Positions 1-10,396 of a stretch of 64,000 nt of DNA are shown here, piece by piece. How positions within the stretch are numbered: the stretch's first letter is position 1; each line of letters opens with the position of its first letter. The translations under genes were made by a program, and so were the position numbers. The DNA is from Flavobacteriales bacterium UBA5040 (GTDB lineage: Bacteria > Bacteroidota > Bacteroidia > Flavobacteriales > Weeksellaceae): assembly GCA_002415135.1 (NCBI GenBank), contig DIBY01000016.1:11319-75318 (forward strand), given 5' to 3'. The notes beneath the pieces are model-generated. The model did no database searches and was not told the DNA's origin. It was given only the letters and a program-made list of their open reading frames with translations.

Positions 1-451
1 CGTGTAAATAACAGAAATTTCCTTTATCCAGATCGGCTTTTAAATCTTCTTCGGTTTCTTTAAAACTATAACCCAAAGTTTCCAAAACATTGGACGCGCC
101 ACTAATTGTTGAGGCTGCGTAATTTCCATGCTTGGCTACTTTTTGTCCGGTTCCAGCCACGACCAAACTTGCCAATGTCGAAATATTAAAAGTGTTTTTT
201 CCATCGCCGCCAGTTCCAACAATGTCGACCAAATCATCTGTTCCCAAATCAATTTTCGGTGCGAGTTGTTGCAAGGCTTCCGTGAAACCTTCTAATTCGG
301 CGAGCGTTATACTTCGCATCAAGAAAACAGTCACGAAAGATGTCACTTCAATTTCATTAAATATATTCTTTGAAATTTCTAATAAAATTGATTTCGCTTG
401 TGCTTTGCTTAGGATTTGATGATCGAATAAATATTGTAATATCTCTTTCAT
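1..451 (-). CDS. trpD: Anthranilate phosphoribosyltransferase, 5' part (runs off window start)
   Basis: Manual translation from ATG at 451: [12 protein letters not shown]...[17 protein letters not shown]...KHGN, the TrpD PRPP-binding motifs; follows trpG. Confidence 0.95.
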   Translation of the reverse strand, partial: MKEILQYLFDHQILSKAQAKSILLEISKNIFNEIEVTSFVTVFLMRSITLAELEGFTEALQQLAPKIDLGTDDLVDIVGTGGDGKNTFNISTLASLVVAGTGQKVAKHGNYAASTISGASNVLETLGYSFKETEEDLKADLDKGNFCYLH

Positions 452-452
452 T

Positions 453-1022
453 TTAATTCTTTAAAAAATTCTCAATAATCTTCTTTCCATCTGGAGTTAA
501 AATACTTTCGGGATGGTACTGAACAGCCTGAACATCGTAATTTTTATGTTGAAGCGACATGATCATTCCGTTTTCATCAACTGACGTAATTTCCAATTCT
601 TCAGGGAAATCTTTTGGATTGACAGCCCAACTATGATATCTTCCTACTTCCAGATTTTCGGGTAAATCTCTTAAAAGTCGTGAATCTTTTTTCACAGTTT
701 GAGCATTGGTTGCAACGCCATGATATATTTCTGTCAGATTGATCAGACTTCCACCAAATGCTTCTGCAATCGCCTGCTGACCAAGACAAACTCCTAAAAT
801 GGATTTTGTTGGTGCATATTTTTTAATTAAATCAATTAAAATACCCGCTTCACTTGGAATTCCTGGACCTGGCGAAAGGACTATTTTATCATACTTTTCG
901 ATTTCCTCTAAATCAATTTGGTCATTGCGAAATACATCTACTTTTTCACCACTAATTTGCTCAATCATTTGAACTAAATTATAGGTAAAACTGTCATAAT
1001 TATCAAAGACTAATATTTTCAT
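453..1022 (-). CDS. trpG: Anthranilate synthase component II (glutamine amidotransferase)
   Basis: [26 protein letters not shown] motifs. Confidence 0.95.
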   Translation of the reverse strand: MKILVFDNYDSFTYNLVQMIEQISGEKVDVFRNDQIDLEEIEKYDKIVLSPGPGIPSEAGILIDLIKKYAPTKSILGVCLGQQAIAEAFGGSLINLTEIYHGVATNAQTVKKDSRLLRDLPENLEVGRYHSWAVNPKDFPEELEITSVDENGMIMSLQHKNYDVQAVQYHPESILTPDGKKIIENFLKN

Positions 1023-1034
1023 AATTGTATGTTC

Positions 1035-2453
1035 TTAAATTGATTCGGCTTTTCTAACAGCCATTTTCAGTGCATTTAATTTATTGTTCACTTCCTGCAA
1101 TTCATTTTCAGCAGAGGATTTTGCGACAATCCCGGCGCCTGCTTGATAATAAAGCGTGTTATTTTTGCTTAAGAAAGTCCGGATCATGATCGCCTGATTG
1201 CAACTTCCATCAAAGCCGACAAAACCAATACAACCACCGTAATAAGAGCGCGAAGTTTTCTCATAAGAATCGATTAGTTCCATCGCTTTATATTTTGGTG
1301 CGCCACTCAAAGTTCCCTGCGGAAAAGTAGTCGCGATCATTTCATAAGGATTTTGATTTTCTTTAACATCTGCCGTTACTTCGCTGACCAAGTGAATGAC
1401 GTGAGAAAAAAACTGAACTTCTTTCAACTTGGTAACCGTCGTGTTTTTTCCGCAAATACTTAAATCATTTCTCGCTAAATCAACTAACATCGTATGTTCT
1501 GCATTTTCTTTCGCATCTTTCTTTAATTCTTCTGCCGCTTCTAAATCTTTCTGAACTTCACCAGTTCTTTTAAAAGTTCCTGCAATTGGATGAATAATCG
1601 CTTTTCCATTTTTAATAATCAACTGACTTTCCGGACTTGAACCCATTAATTTATAATCGCCATAATCGAAATAAAACAAGTAAGGCGAAGGATTAATATG
1701 TCGCAAAGCTCGGTAAACATTGAATTCATCACCGTTAAATTTCTGCTCGAATCTTCTGCTCAAAACCAATTGAAAAACATCTCCTCGAAAACAGTGCTTT
1801 TTTGCAGTTTCCACCAATTCGCGGTATTCTTCATCTTTTAAATTTGAAGTTTCGTAATCAGTTGTATGGAAAGGAAAAATAGGGGCGTTTTTCTGATTGA
1901 TGAGATTTTCAATTTCGATGGTATTTGATTTAAGTCCATCGATTTTATTTTCGATAATAAACATTTCATCGTTGTAATGGTTGATCGCAATCACATATTG
2001 GTAAAGGCGATACCGCAATAATGGGATTTTATTTTCTTCCGAAAGTTCTTTAAACTTGATATTTTCAAAAAACGGAATCGCATCATAACTCGTGTAACCA
2101 AAAAAACCTTGGGCAGATTTACCGATTTCTTGGGCAGGTTCTTCGCAAACAAAAGTTTTGGTAAAATCATTGAGTAATTCACTCAACTTCTCTTTTTCTA
2201 AAGCGATTTTTTGTGGATTACCGATAGGAAATTTAATTTCTGCCTCATTATAATTACGGATTTCAATTCCGGCAACTGCATTAATAGCAATGAACGAAAA
2301 GTTGTTATCGGTGTTTTGATTTCCGGCGCTTTCAAGAAGAATCGTATCGCGAAATTTGTCTCGAAGACGAAGATAAATTCCGACCGGCGTGAAGAGATCG
2401 CTCATCACCGATTTTACAGTTGTTTTTATTTTTATAGTTTGATTAAATTCCAT
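1035..2453 (-). CDS. trpE: Anthranilate synthase component I
   Basis: LLES, SPE, PIAGT, EHTMLVDLARND, GTLSGAPK motifs; operon with trpG/trpD. Confidence 0.95.
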   Translation of the reverse strand: MEFNQTIKIKTTVKSVMSDLFTPVGIYLRLRDKFRDTILLESAGNQNTDNNFSFIAINAVAGIEIRNYNEAEIKFPIGNPQKIALEKEKLSELLNDFTKTFVCEEPAQEIGKSAQGFFGYTSYDAIPFFENIKFKELSEENKIPLLRYRLYQYVIAINHYNDEMFIIENKIDGLKSNTIEIENLINQKNAPIFPFHTTDYETSNLKDEEYRELVETAKKHCFRGDVFQLVLSRRFEQKFNGDEFNVYRALRHINPSPYLFYFDYGDYKLMGSSPESQLIIKNGKAIIHPIAGTFKRTGEVQKDLEAAEELKKDAKENAEHTMLVDLARNDLSICGKNTTVTKLKEVQFFSHVIHLVSEVTADVKENQNPYEMIATTFPQGTLSGAPKYKAMELIDSYEKTSRSYYGGCIGFVGFDGSCNQAIMIRTFLSKNNTLYYQAGAGIVAKSSAENELQEVNNKLNALKMAVRKAESI

Positions 2454-2474
2454 GATATTTTTAAAAATTTAGAT

Positions 2475-2511
2475 AAAAAAAAGACTTCAACGGAGCCCGT
2501 CAAAGTCTTTT
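2475..2511 (-). terminator. trp attenuator terminator hairpin
   Basis: Minus strand AAAAGACTTTGACGG-GCT-CCGTTGAAGTCTTTTTTTT, between leader ORF and trpE start. Confidence 0.85.
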
Positions 2512-2544
2512 ATATGTTTTTACAAACAGAATACAAGATTTGCT

Positions 2545-2601
2545 TCAGACCCTAAAGGAGTTTGAATGCCACCACCAAGTATTGTTTGTTCTTGTTTTCA
2601 T
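2545..2601 (-). CDS. trpL: trp operon leader peptide MKTRTNNTWWWHSNSFRV (18 aa)
   Basis: ATG AAA ACA AGA ACA AAC AAT ACT TGG TGG TGG ... GTC TGA read on minus strand; three tandem Trp codons upstream of a terminator and trpE. Confidence 0.88.
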   Translation of the reverse strand: MKTRTNNTWWWHSNSFRV

Positions 2602-2690
2602 TTGAAAATAATTATTTTCTTAAAAGTCAAATGCAACGCTTATTAAGGTAGTTTTCTTTTTGAAAATATTTCCCTCGCATTTCATTGAGG

Positions 2691-2721
2691 CAAATATATA
2701 AATGTTTTTTTTATCTGCAAA
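2691..2721 (-). promoter_or_regulatory. Bacteroidota housekeeping promoter for trp operon
   Basis: Minus strand TTTG (2721-2718), 19 nt spacer, TATATTTG (2698-2691). Confidence 0.65.
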
Positions 2722-2789
2722 CATTTCTTTTAAATTTTAAGGTTTGATAGTTCGATAAAAAATTAAGATGTTTGTATAAATAAATTATT

Positions 2790-2981
2790 ATGAAAAAATT
2801 CTTAGCAATTGCATTCATTGGCGGATTAGTATTCTCAAGCTGTTCGAAAAAAGAAACAGCAACCGAGTCGAACACGATGTTAGGTGAACCAGAAACTCCA
2901 ACAATACAAGCCTTGCCAGTTCCTGATTCTGCAGCAGTAATCGAGCCGATGGCAGCGGATTCAACATTGGTCAAACCATAA
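2790..2981 (+). CDS. Small lipoprotein, hypothetical
   Basis: Signal peptide with lipobox FSSC, low-complexity mature part. Confidence 0.75.
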   Translation: MKKFLAIAFIGGLVFSSCSKKETATESNTMLGEPETPTIQALPVPDSAAVIEPMAADSTLVKP

Positions 2982-2990
2982 TTAAAAATA

Positions 2991-3022
2991 TTAGCGGTCT
3001 ACTTAAGACTGCTAATTTTTTT
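2991..3022. terminator. Probable bidirectional intrinsic terminator
   Basis: TTAGCGGTCT..AGACTGCTAA stem plus T-run between convergent genes. Confidence 0.7.
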
Positions 3023-4146
3023 TATTCTTCTACATTTTTCAGCGCCATTAATAATTGATAAGCACCTTTTGTAACAAACTTTTTGCTTTTATTTTCTTCT
3101 TTAAAGTTTAAAAGTTCGGTAAATCCGTTTTCCGCATTTCCAATTTCTACCGGAAACATTTTATAAGTTTTGGGTTTGAGCTCTTCAAAAACATACTGCT
3201 TTTCTTCCCAGGTTACGATGGCGTCATCGGGAATTACAATACCTTCTTCGGAATCAGCCTCCATTTCTGCGTTCATAAAAGTTCCCGGCAGCAATTGCAA
3301 ACTGCTATCAACAAAACGGCAATAAATGAAAACACTTCTGTCTCCAGAAAAATCTTTTCCTATGATTGAAACTCGGGCTTCGTATTTTTTGGTCGGATTT
3401 TGATTGGTATAAGCGAAAACTTTTTGACCAATTTTAATTTTATCTAAATCTTTTTCAAAAACCTTTAAAACCAAATGTAGATCACCAGTATTTACGATGT
3501 CGAACATTTTATCCATAGGCGAAACGTATTGTCCAATATTGACATTAACGGTAGAAATATACCCTGAGATCGGCGAGGTTACGGCAAAAGTCCGGCGGAT
3601 ATTATTAGCGTTTAAAGAACCAGGATTAATTCCCATCGCGGTTAATTTTTGGGCCATTCCTTTCATCATAATGTTTTGGTTTTGTCTTTCGTTAAAGGCT
3701 TTTTGAGTCACTTTATCGGAACTGGCTTTGTTCTCATTCAAATCTTTTTGACGGGAATAATCCTGTTGCGCGTATTGAAGATTCGATTTTGCCAGGAGAT
3801 AATCCTGCTGCAATTGAACCAGTTCAGGATTTTCTAAGGTTGCTAAAGTTTGTCCTTTTTTAACAAAATTTCCCGGCATAAATCTCGAAACTCGCACGTA
3901 GCCACCACTTGGTGCCGAAACGCTTGCCATTCCCTGTGGTGGAACATCAATTTGCCCAGACAGCATAATTTTATGCGCAATATCGAGGTTGTTTAAAGTA
4001 TTCGTTTCAATCCCAGAATTTTTAATTTGCAAATCAGTTAGAGAAACCTGATCACCAACGACGGTGCCGATCTCTTCCGGAACTGATTCTTCTTTGGAGC
4101 AAGATAAAACCGTAAGACTTAATAATATTAAAAGTATATTTTTCAT
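3022..4146 (-). CDS. RND efflux periplasmic adaptor (CzcB/CusB-like lipoprotein)
   Basis: Start placed at MKNILL...LSC lipobox; lipoyl/hairpin pattern VKKGQTLATLE, SPISG, LLPG. Confidence 0.88.
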   Translation of the reverse strand: MKNILLILLSLTVLSCSKEESVPEEIGTVVGDQVSLTDLQIKNSGIETNTLNNLDIAHKIMLSGQIDVPPQGMASVSAPSGGYVRVSRFMPGNFVKKGQTLATLENPELVQLQQDYLLAKSNLQYAQQDYSRQKDLNENKASSDKVTQKAFNERQNQNIMMKGMAQKLTAMGINPGSLNANNIRRTFAVTSPISGYISTVNVNIGQYVSPMDKMFDIVNTGDLHLVLKVFEKDLDKIKIGQKVFAYTNQNPTKKYEARVSIIGKDFSGDRSVFIYCRFVDSSLQLLPGTFMNAEMEADSEEGIVIPDDAIVTWEEKQYVFEELKPKTYKMFPVEIGNAENGFTELLNFKEENKSKKFVTKGAYQLLMALKNVEE

Positions 4147-4159
4147 TGTTAAATTTTTA

Positions 4160-4732
4160 TTATTCAGAATCACCGCCTATCATTTTTGAAGTAATTCCTT
4201 TGCGATCTGTATTTTCGGCAATAGCGATTCCGGCCAAGTGTAAAAGAATAAAAGCAGGCGTCCAGTAAACTGCTAATTTATGCGTAGTTTCTGCTAAATC
4301 AGCTAGAGATTCTGAGCCGATTTCAAATTTTAAAATGCTTCCTGTTATTATTTGTACTGCAATTAAAACATAGAATCCGAGATACATAAACCCTTGAAAT
4401 CTCGCTTTGCTAGATGTGGTTTTAACGAATGGGTTTGGAAACTTAATTCCTTTTACAAACATATAAATCACTCTGGCAATAAAGGCAAAAGTAATAATAT
4501 AAGCAGCATAAACATGCCATTCAAACATAGGATCCTGAACGGAATGAACGATGGTTCGAAGACTTTGTTTATCTAAATTGAGAGCTTGAATTGCTGTATT
4601 TTTATTCACAGCATCTGAAATGACAGTTTTGCTCATCCAATACATTCTGAGAAATCCAGTGGTAAATAGAACCAGCATAAATATGGCAAAGATCCAGTGA
4701 AGGATGCGGTGTAGAACGGTATATGTTTTCAT
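4160..4732 (-). CDS. Cytochrome b/b6 (b561-like) domain membrane protein
   Basis: HRILHW, EWHVY, THK, LHLAG His pattern in four TM helices; ends SKMIGG. Confidence 0.8.
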   Translation of the reverse strand: MKTYTVLHRILHWIFAIFMLVLFTTGFLRMYWMSKTVISDAVNKNTAIQALNLDKQSLRTIVHSVQDPMFEWHVYAAYIITFAFIARVIYMFVKGIKFPNPFVKTTSSKARFQGFMYLGFYVLIAVQIITGSILKFEIGSESLADLAETTHKLAVYWTPAFILLHLAGIAIAENTDRKGITSKMIGGDSE

Positions 4733-4763
4733 TTTTTTAATATTAAATTATTGTTGTGTTAAA

Positions 4764-5987
4764 TTATTGTTGCGTTAAATTATTGAGTTGAATTGTTTTC
4801 TCATTCAGCATTTTCTGAGTGTCAATGAGTTTGTTCTGAATGTCTAAACTTTGGTTGATCAGAATGGACCATTCCAGATAATTAATTTCACCTTCATAAT
4901 ACAAACGGTTGGCAGTTTTCATAATGGTTTCTGCATTTTTTAAACCTTTGGATTTGTAATAATCGGTTTCACTTTTTAGTTTTTCATATTCACCGAAAAG
5001 CGTTGTATATTGGTTTTTCAAGTTTTTGGAACCGAGTTCATAATTATTTTCGGCGATGAGTTGGTTAATTTTCTGACCTTCAATTAATGATTTTTGGGCG
5101 CCATTAAAAAGTGGAATTCCGACGCCAACCATTCCGGAATGAAAACGAGCTGATCTTTCATAAAATTTGTCATCGGCGCCAGTTCCATACATGCTGGAAT
5201 TATTATATCCGATATTGAAAGTGGGCAGTAATTTCGATTTCTCTGCATTTAATTTGGCGAGTTCGATGTTTTTCTGCTGTTCCAATTGTTTTAAAACGAC
5301 TGGATTTCCCGCATAATTTAAATCTTGATTTAAACCATTCGTTTCGTAGAAATTGGAATTTTCATTCGAATATAAAATTTCATCATTGATGAGATAATTA
5401 AACTGATTAAGAGAAACTTCCCGGTCTTTCTTCAGATTTGTCAATTGAATTTCTGCCTGACTTCTGTAATTTTCAGCAGTGGTTTTTTCCAGAATATTAC
5501 TTTCTCCTTTTTTGAGTCGAAATTCTGCTCTTCTGTAATAATTGGTATAAATAGAATCGGCTCTCAAAAGCAATTTTTCTTTTTCGTTCTGATAATTGAG
5601 TTCATTATAAATTAAAGCGATCTCACGTTTAAGTTGCCATTTCTGAACGTCTAAATTTAACATTGAATTTTTCCATTCTTCCATCAACACTTGTTTTTGG
5701 GAATTGTAGAATCCGGGTAATCTTAAAGTTTGATTGACCGAAAATTTGGTATCAGTATAAGCGGAAACAAATTGTCCAATTTCTCCAGAAACATTTAATG
5801 GGTCGATTACGGCGTAAGATTTTTTGATCTTATCCTGATAATCAATCCGAAGTTGTCCGTTCTTTAAATTCAGATTGTTTTTAAAGGCTTTTTCGTAGGC
5901 GGATTCCAGGGAAATCGGCGTTTGTGCTTTCAGTTGAATGGCGATCAAAACTGAAAAAGCTATTGATATTTTTATAAGTTGTTTCAT
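4764..5987 (-). CDS. TolC-family outer membrane efflux channel
   Basis: Signal peptide, coiled-coil repeats, GIPLF, YYEGEINYLE motifs; in RND operon. Confidence 0.88.
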   Translation of the reverse strand: MKQLIKISIAFSVLIAIQLKAQTPISLESAYEKAFKNNLNLKNGQLRIDYQDKIKKSYAVIDPLNVSGEIGQFVSAYTDTKFSVNQTLRLPGFYNSQKQVLMEEWKNSMLNLDVQKWQLKREIALIYNELNYQNEKEKLLLRADSIYTNYYRRAEFRLKKGESNILEKTTAENYRSQAEIQLTNLKKDREVSLNQFNYLINDEILYSNENSNFYETNGLNQDLNYAGNPVVLKQLEQQKNIELAKLNAEKSKLLPTFNIGYNNSSMYGTGADDKFYERSARFHSGMVGVGIPLFNGAQKSLIEGQKINQLIAENNYELGSKNLKNQYTTLFGEYEKLKSETDYYKSKGLKNAETIMKTANRLYYEGEINYLEWSILINQSLDIQNKLIDTQKMLNEKTIQLNNLTQQ

Positions 5988-6034
5988 TCTTTTGTCATTT
6001 ATCTGTAAATTATTATATGATTTTGTTTCGGTTT

Positions 6035-6102
6035 TTTTGTCATTCCGAAGGAAACTAAATTACTGTCCTATAATTCGTTGATATTCCTACGGAATGACAA
6101 AA
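6035..6102. repeat. REP-like inverted repeat
   Basis: TTTTGTCATTCCGAAGGAA (6035-6053) / TTCCTACGGAATGACAAAA (6084-6102), one mismatch. Confidence 0.7.
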
Positions 6103-6198
6103 CTGTGTGATTTCATTTGTTTTTACATTCTTTATATACTTGCAAAAATCTGCAGCCTCTCGTCTTTAAGGACGAGAGAAATGTCTGCCCAAAAAAAA

Positions 6199-9100
6199 CT
6201 ATTCATCATAACCATCTTCTTCGGCACTTATTTCTACAATTTTTTTACGTCGGTCCGGGAAATGTTCTTCAAACCAAATGTAAATTAAGGGCAATAAATA
6301 AAGCGTGAGGAATGTGGCCAAAAGTAAACCGCCGATGACGACTGTTGCTAACGGTCTTTGCACTTCTGCGCCTTCGCCTTGACTTATTGCCATTGGTAAA
6401 AATCCGAGTGAGGCTACTAAAGCCGTCATTAAAACAGGGCGTAATCTGGTTCTTCCACCGATTTTTACGACCTCTTTTAAATCGGAATGAACTAATTTTT
6501 GTCGGTTAAATTCTGCGATTAAAACGATTCCATTCAATACTGCAACTCCAAAAAGTGCGATGAAACCAACGCCTGCGGAAATACTGAAATTCATATCCCG
6601 AATCCAGAGCGACATAATTCCGCCAATCATTGAAAGTGGAATTGCGGAGAAGATGAGCAATCCGTATTTCACCGAATTAAAAGCGAAGTAAAGCATGAGT
6701 AAGATCAGCAATAAACTTAAGGGAACCGCGATCATTAAGCGGGATTTCGCATGTTGAAGGTTCTCAAAAGTTCCGCCATAAGAAATGGAATATCCGGGAG
6801 GAAGTTTGAAATCTTTTTCAACTACTTTCTGTAAATCTTCGACGGTGGACTGAATATCGCGGTTTCTGACATTGAAGCCGACGATGATCCTGCGTTGTGC
6901 ATTTTCACGCTGGATTTGATTGACACTTTCTTTGAGTTCAACAGAAGCAACGGTGCTCAAAGGGATTTCAGTTCCGGATGGTGTGGAAATTAAAAGATTA
7001 TTGACATCATCGACATTTTTTCTTTGCTCGCCATCTAAACGAACAACCAAATCAAATTTCTTTTCACCTTCAAAAACAGAACCTGTTGATTGCCCAGCAA
7101 ACGCAGTGTTCACGATATTATTAACATCTTCTACATTTAAACCGAACTGCGAAAGTGCTTCTCTTTTGTAAGAAATGACAATCTGTGGCATTCCAGAAAT
7201 TGGTTCTACGTAAATATTTTGAGCGCCGTTGATCTTTTTGGAAATGTCGCCTAATTTTTCGGCATACACTTTCAAAGTATCGAGATCCTCACCATAAATT
7301 TTAATAACGACATCTTGCCGGGCTCCCGTCATTAATTCGTTAAACCGCATTGCGACTGGATATTGGAAGGAATAGGTAACACCAATCAAATTTTTCTTTA
7401 ATTCGGCGGACATTTTTTCGGAAAGTTCATCATAAGTTTTAGCGGAAGTCCATTCTTTACGTGGTTTCAGAATGATCATCATATCACTGGCATCGATCGG
7501 CATTGGATCCGTAGGGATTTCACTGCTTCCGGTTTTTCCAACAACCTTTTCAATTTCGGGAAATTTCTTCATTAATATTTTTGAAGATTGCTGGACGGCA
7601 TCAGTAGAAGTTTTCAGATTACTTCCGGGTAAAACTCTGGTGTCAACCGCGAAATCACCTTCAGGAAGTGAGGGAATAAATTCGCCGCCTAATCTTGACA
7701 TGACGAAAAGAGAAATTAGAAATAGTCCGACAACACTGAAGAAAACCAGATTTGGAATTTTTAAAACGAAATTTAAAGTTCGATGATAAAAAGCTTCGAA
7801 TCTGTCCATCATTTTATCTGAAAAGTTTTTCTTTAGATCTATTTTTTTAGATAAAAACAAAGAACTCATCATTGGAATGTACGTCAGAGAAAGGATGAAG
7901 GCACCTAGCAAAGCGAAGATTACGGTCTGTGCCATCGGTTTGAACATCTTTCCTTCAATTCCCTGTAAAGTTAAAATCGGCAAGTAAACAATCAGAATAA
8001 TGATCTGTCCGAAAACTGCCGAATTCATCATGGTACTGGAAGAAGTATAAACTTCTCTATCCATAAATTCCTGAGAGATCTTTTTGTCCTGGAATTTTGT
8101 CAAATGTTTGAATCGATGCAGAATAGCTTCGACGATGATCACCGCACCATCGACAATCAATCCAAAATCCAGCGCGCCCAAACTCATTAAGTTTCCTGAA
8201 ACGCCGAAAATATTCATCATAATAATCGCAAACAGCATGGCCAAAGGAATGACGGAAGCGACCAATAATCCCGCACGGAAATTCCCGAGAAATAAAACCA
8301 AGACGAATATGACGATCAAAGCACCTTCCAATAAGTTTTTACTTACCGTACTGATGGCGTTATTCACCATTTTTGTTCGGTCCAGAAAAGCATCGATTTT
8401 CACTCCTTCCGGAAGTGTTTTTTGAATTTCTTCAATCCTGCCTTTTACGTCTTTGATGACTTCATTGGAGTTTGCTCCTTTCATCATCATCACGACTGCA
8501 CCCGCAACTTCGCCTTCGCCATTATAAGTCATCGCACCGTAACGGATGGCTTTTCCGTATTGAACCTTCCCAATATTTTTAATGAGAATTGGCGTTCCAT
8601 CAGCCAGATTTTTTACGACCGTATTTTCAATGTCCGGAATTTGATTCATCAAACCTTCCGTTCTGATAAACAAAACGCTTGGTCCTTTTTCAATATAAGC
8701 ACCACCAGTATTTTGATTGTTTTTTTGCAAGGCATCAAAAACTTCGGTAATCGTAACGCCCATCGATTTAAGAATGGCGGGATTTATAGCGACTTCATAT
8801 TGTTTTAAATAGCCACCAAAACTGGCAACGTCTGCTACTCCGGGCGTTCCGAGTAATTGTCGGCGAACGATCCAATCCTGAATGGTTCGTAATTCCATCG
8901 GATTATAGCGATGTTCGTAGCCTTTTTTCGGACGGACAACATATTGATAAATCTCCCCTAAACCCGTGGAAATTGGGGCCATTTGCGGAACTCCTAAACT
9001 TACAGGAATATCCTTCGAGACTTGTTGAAGCCGTTCTGCAACTTGTTGACGAGCAGACATTAAATCGATATCGTCATGAAAGACAATCGTAATTACCGAT

Positions 9101-9369
9101 AAACCAAAGCGCGAAAAACTTCGCATTTCCTTGATTCCCTGAATATTGTAATTGATCTGTTCTAAAGGAAAGGTGATAAACCGTTCGACATCGGGCGCGC
9201 CCAAACTTGGCGAAACGGTAATGATCTGAACCTGATTATCCGTGATATCAGGAACCGCATCAATCGGGAGATTTCTGAGTTCAAACAATCCATAAATAAT
9301 TAAACCAAGCGTCATCAAAATGATGATCAGTTTATTTTTTATGGAAAATTCTATTATTTTATTAAGCAT
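6199..9369 (-). CDS. CusA/CzcA family heavy-metal efflux RND transporter
   Basis: PIDAVPDIT, GALDFGLIVDGAV, RLRPVLMTA, AEVQRPLATVVIGG motifs; 1056 aa. Confidence 0.93.
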   Translation of the reverse strand: MLNKIIEFSIKNKLIIILMTLGLIIYGLFELRNLPIDAVPDITDNQVQIITVSPSLGAPDVERFITFPLEQINYNIQGIKEMRSFSRFGLSVITIVFHDDIDLMSARQQVAERLQQVSKDIPVSLGVPQMAPISTGLGEIYQYVVRPKKGYEHRYNPMELRTIQDWIVRRQLLGTPGVADVASFGGYLKQYEVAINPAILKSMGVTITEVFDALQKNNQNTGGAYIEKGPSVLFIRTEGLMNQIPDIENTVVKNLADGTPILIKNIGKVQYGKAIRYGAMTYNGEGEVAGAVVMMMKGANSNEVIKDVKGRIEEIQKTLPEGVKIDAFLDRTKMVNNAISTVSKNLLEGALIVIFVLVLFLGNFRAGLLVASVIPLAMLFAIIMMNIFGVSGNLMSLGALDFGLIVDGAVIIVEAILHRFKHLTKFQDKKISQEFMDREVYTSSSTMMNSAVFGQIIILIVYLPILTLQGIEGKMFKPMAQTVIFALLGAFILSLTYIPMMSSLFLSKKIDLKKNFSDKMMDRFEAFYHRTLNFVLKIPNLVFFSVVGLFLISLFVMSRLGGEFIPSLPEGDFAVDTRVLPGSNLKTSTDAVQQSSKILMKKFPEIEKVVGKTGSSEIPTDPMPIDASDMMIILKPRKEWTSAKTYDELSEKMSAELKKNLIGVTYSFQYPVAMRFNELMTGARQDVVIKIYGEDLDTLKVYAEKLGDISKKINGAQNIYVEPISGMPQIVISYKREALSQFGLNVEDVNNIVNTAFAGQSTGSVFEGEKKFDLVVRLDGEQRKNVDDVNNLLISTPSGTEIPLSTVASVELKESVNQIQRENAQRRIIVGFNVRNRDIQSTVEDLQKVVEKDFKLPPGYSISYGGTFENLQHAKSRLMIAVPLSLLLILLMLYFAFNSVKYGLLIFSAIPLSMIGGIMSLWIRDMNFSISAGVGFIALFGVAVLNGIVLIAEFNRQKLVHSDLKEVVKIGGRTRLRPVLMTALVASLGFLPMAISQGEGAEVQRPLATVVIGGLLLATFLTLYLLPLIYIWFEEHFPDRRKKIVEISAEEDGYDE

Positions 9370-9413
9370 ATTTTTTCTTTAAAAAGTTGCCAGAGCATGA
9401 TACGCTGACATTG

Positions 9414-9923
9414 TTAATCATCATGTTTATCACTTTTGGAAGCCGGACCGTTGCCTTCATAATTTCGATAGTCGAAGTCTTGGCCCGTTCTGATTTCGGT
9501 ATGGCGAATTTCGCCGCCTGTAGTCCCGGCTTTCTGTGCAAAAAATAATGCAACGACCGCGAAAATGCCAACAACAAAAGGGGCATATTTAGAGATGACG
9601 GAGTTTTTTAAACTGGCAATGAGAGCAATCAAGGAAATTGCTCCTAAAACATACGTTAAGGTTGCAAATATTTCAGAGACTTCTTCATGTTTTTTTATCA
9701 GATTTTCAGAAAGGCCTGCGATTTTTGTTGCAGAATCTTCGGCACCTTCACCTGTTCCCATGGCAGCAATGGAAGTAATTGCTCCAAGAATAAAAATGAT
9801 ATAAGCGTTTCGTTTAGTGACTTCGGATTTAGTGAAAATTCCGATAAGAAGTATTATAATTCCAACGATAGGAAATATAATCGGCATATGGTTGACCACC
9901 AAATGCAAATGTAATTCGTCCAT
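9414..9923 (-). CDS. Membrane protein, DUF2231-like (putative heme-binding)
   Basis: HLHLVVNHMP N-terminus, HEE, GGEIRH, four hydrophobic helices. Confidence 0.6.
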   Translation of the reverse strand: MDELHLHLVVNHMPIIFPIVGIIILLIGIFTKSEVTKRNAYIIFILGAITSIAAMGTGEGAEDSATKIAGLSENLIKKHEEVSEIFATLTYVLGAISLIALIASLKNSVISKYAPFVVGIFAVVALFFAQKAGTTGGEIRHTEIRTGQDFDYRNYEGNGPASKSDKHDD

Positions 9924-10012
9924 TTTTTTTAATTTAAAATTAAACTATAAGTAAGATTAATGACTGTCAAAATCGAAAGACCAGACATCATTATTTAGAC
10001 TGAAATTTTAAA

Positions 10013-10396
10013 TTAAATTTTTGGAGGTTCCCAAATTTTAGAAAAAACCGAAGGATAGTATTTTTCAGAATACGAAAAATGAGTCGAACGATCCACATAA
10101 ATGGATTGTTGTAAAATGTTTAAACTTGGACTTTCTGGCGGAATATTGAGATTAACAATCGAATGGGAAAAATCATGCGTTTTGAAAGGCAGTTTCATAT
10201 CCTGTTTGTAATCACTGTCTACAATCTGCTCATCAATATAATGCATCTTAATGAAGGCATAAATTGACATATCGTGATTCGCCATTTTGTGTGAAATAAA
10301 ATGCTCAACCAATCTCGGCATTTTCACCAGTTGTCTGACCTCACTAAAAGAAGTAAGATAAGTACACAATAGGAAATAAATAAACCATTTTTTCAC
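10013..10396 (-). CDS. Hypothetical His-containing protein typical of the start of Bacteroidota czc operons
   Basis: LVEHF..H, MHY, DMKLPFK, IWEPPK pattern; first gene of the operon. Confidence 0.7.
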   Translation of the reverse strand: MKKWFIYFLLCTYLTSFSEVRQLVKMPRLVEHFISHKMANHDMSIYAFIKMHYIDEQIVDSDYKQDMKLPFKTHDFSHSIVNLNIPPESPSLNILQQSIYVDRSTHFSYSEKYYPSVFSKIWEPPKI

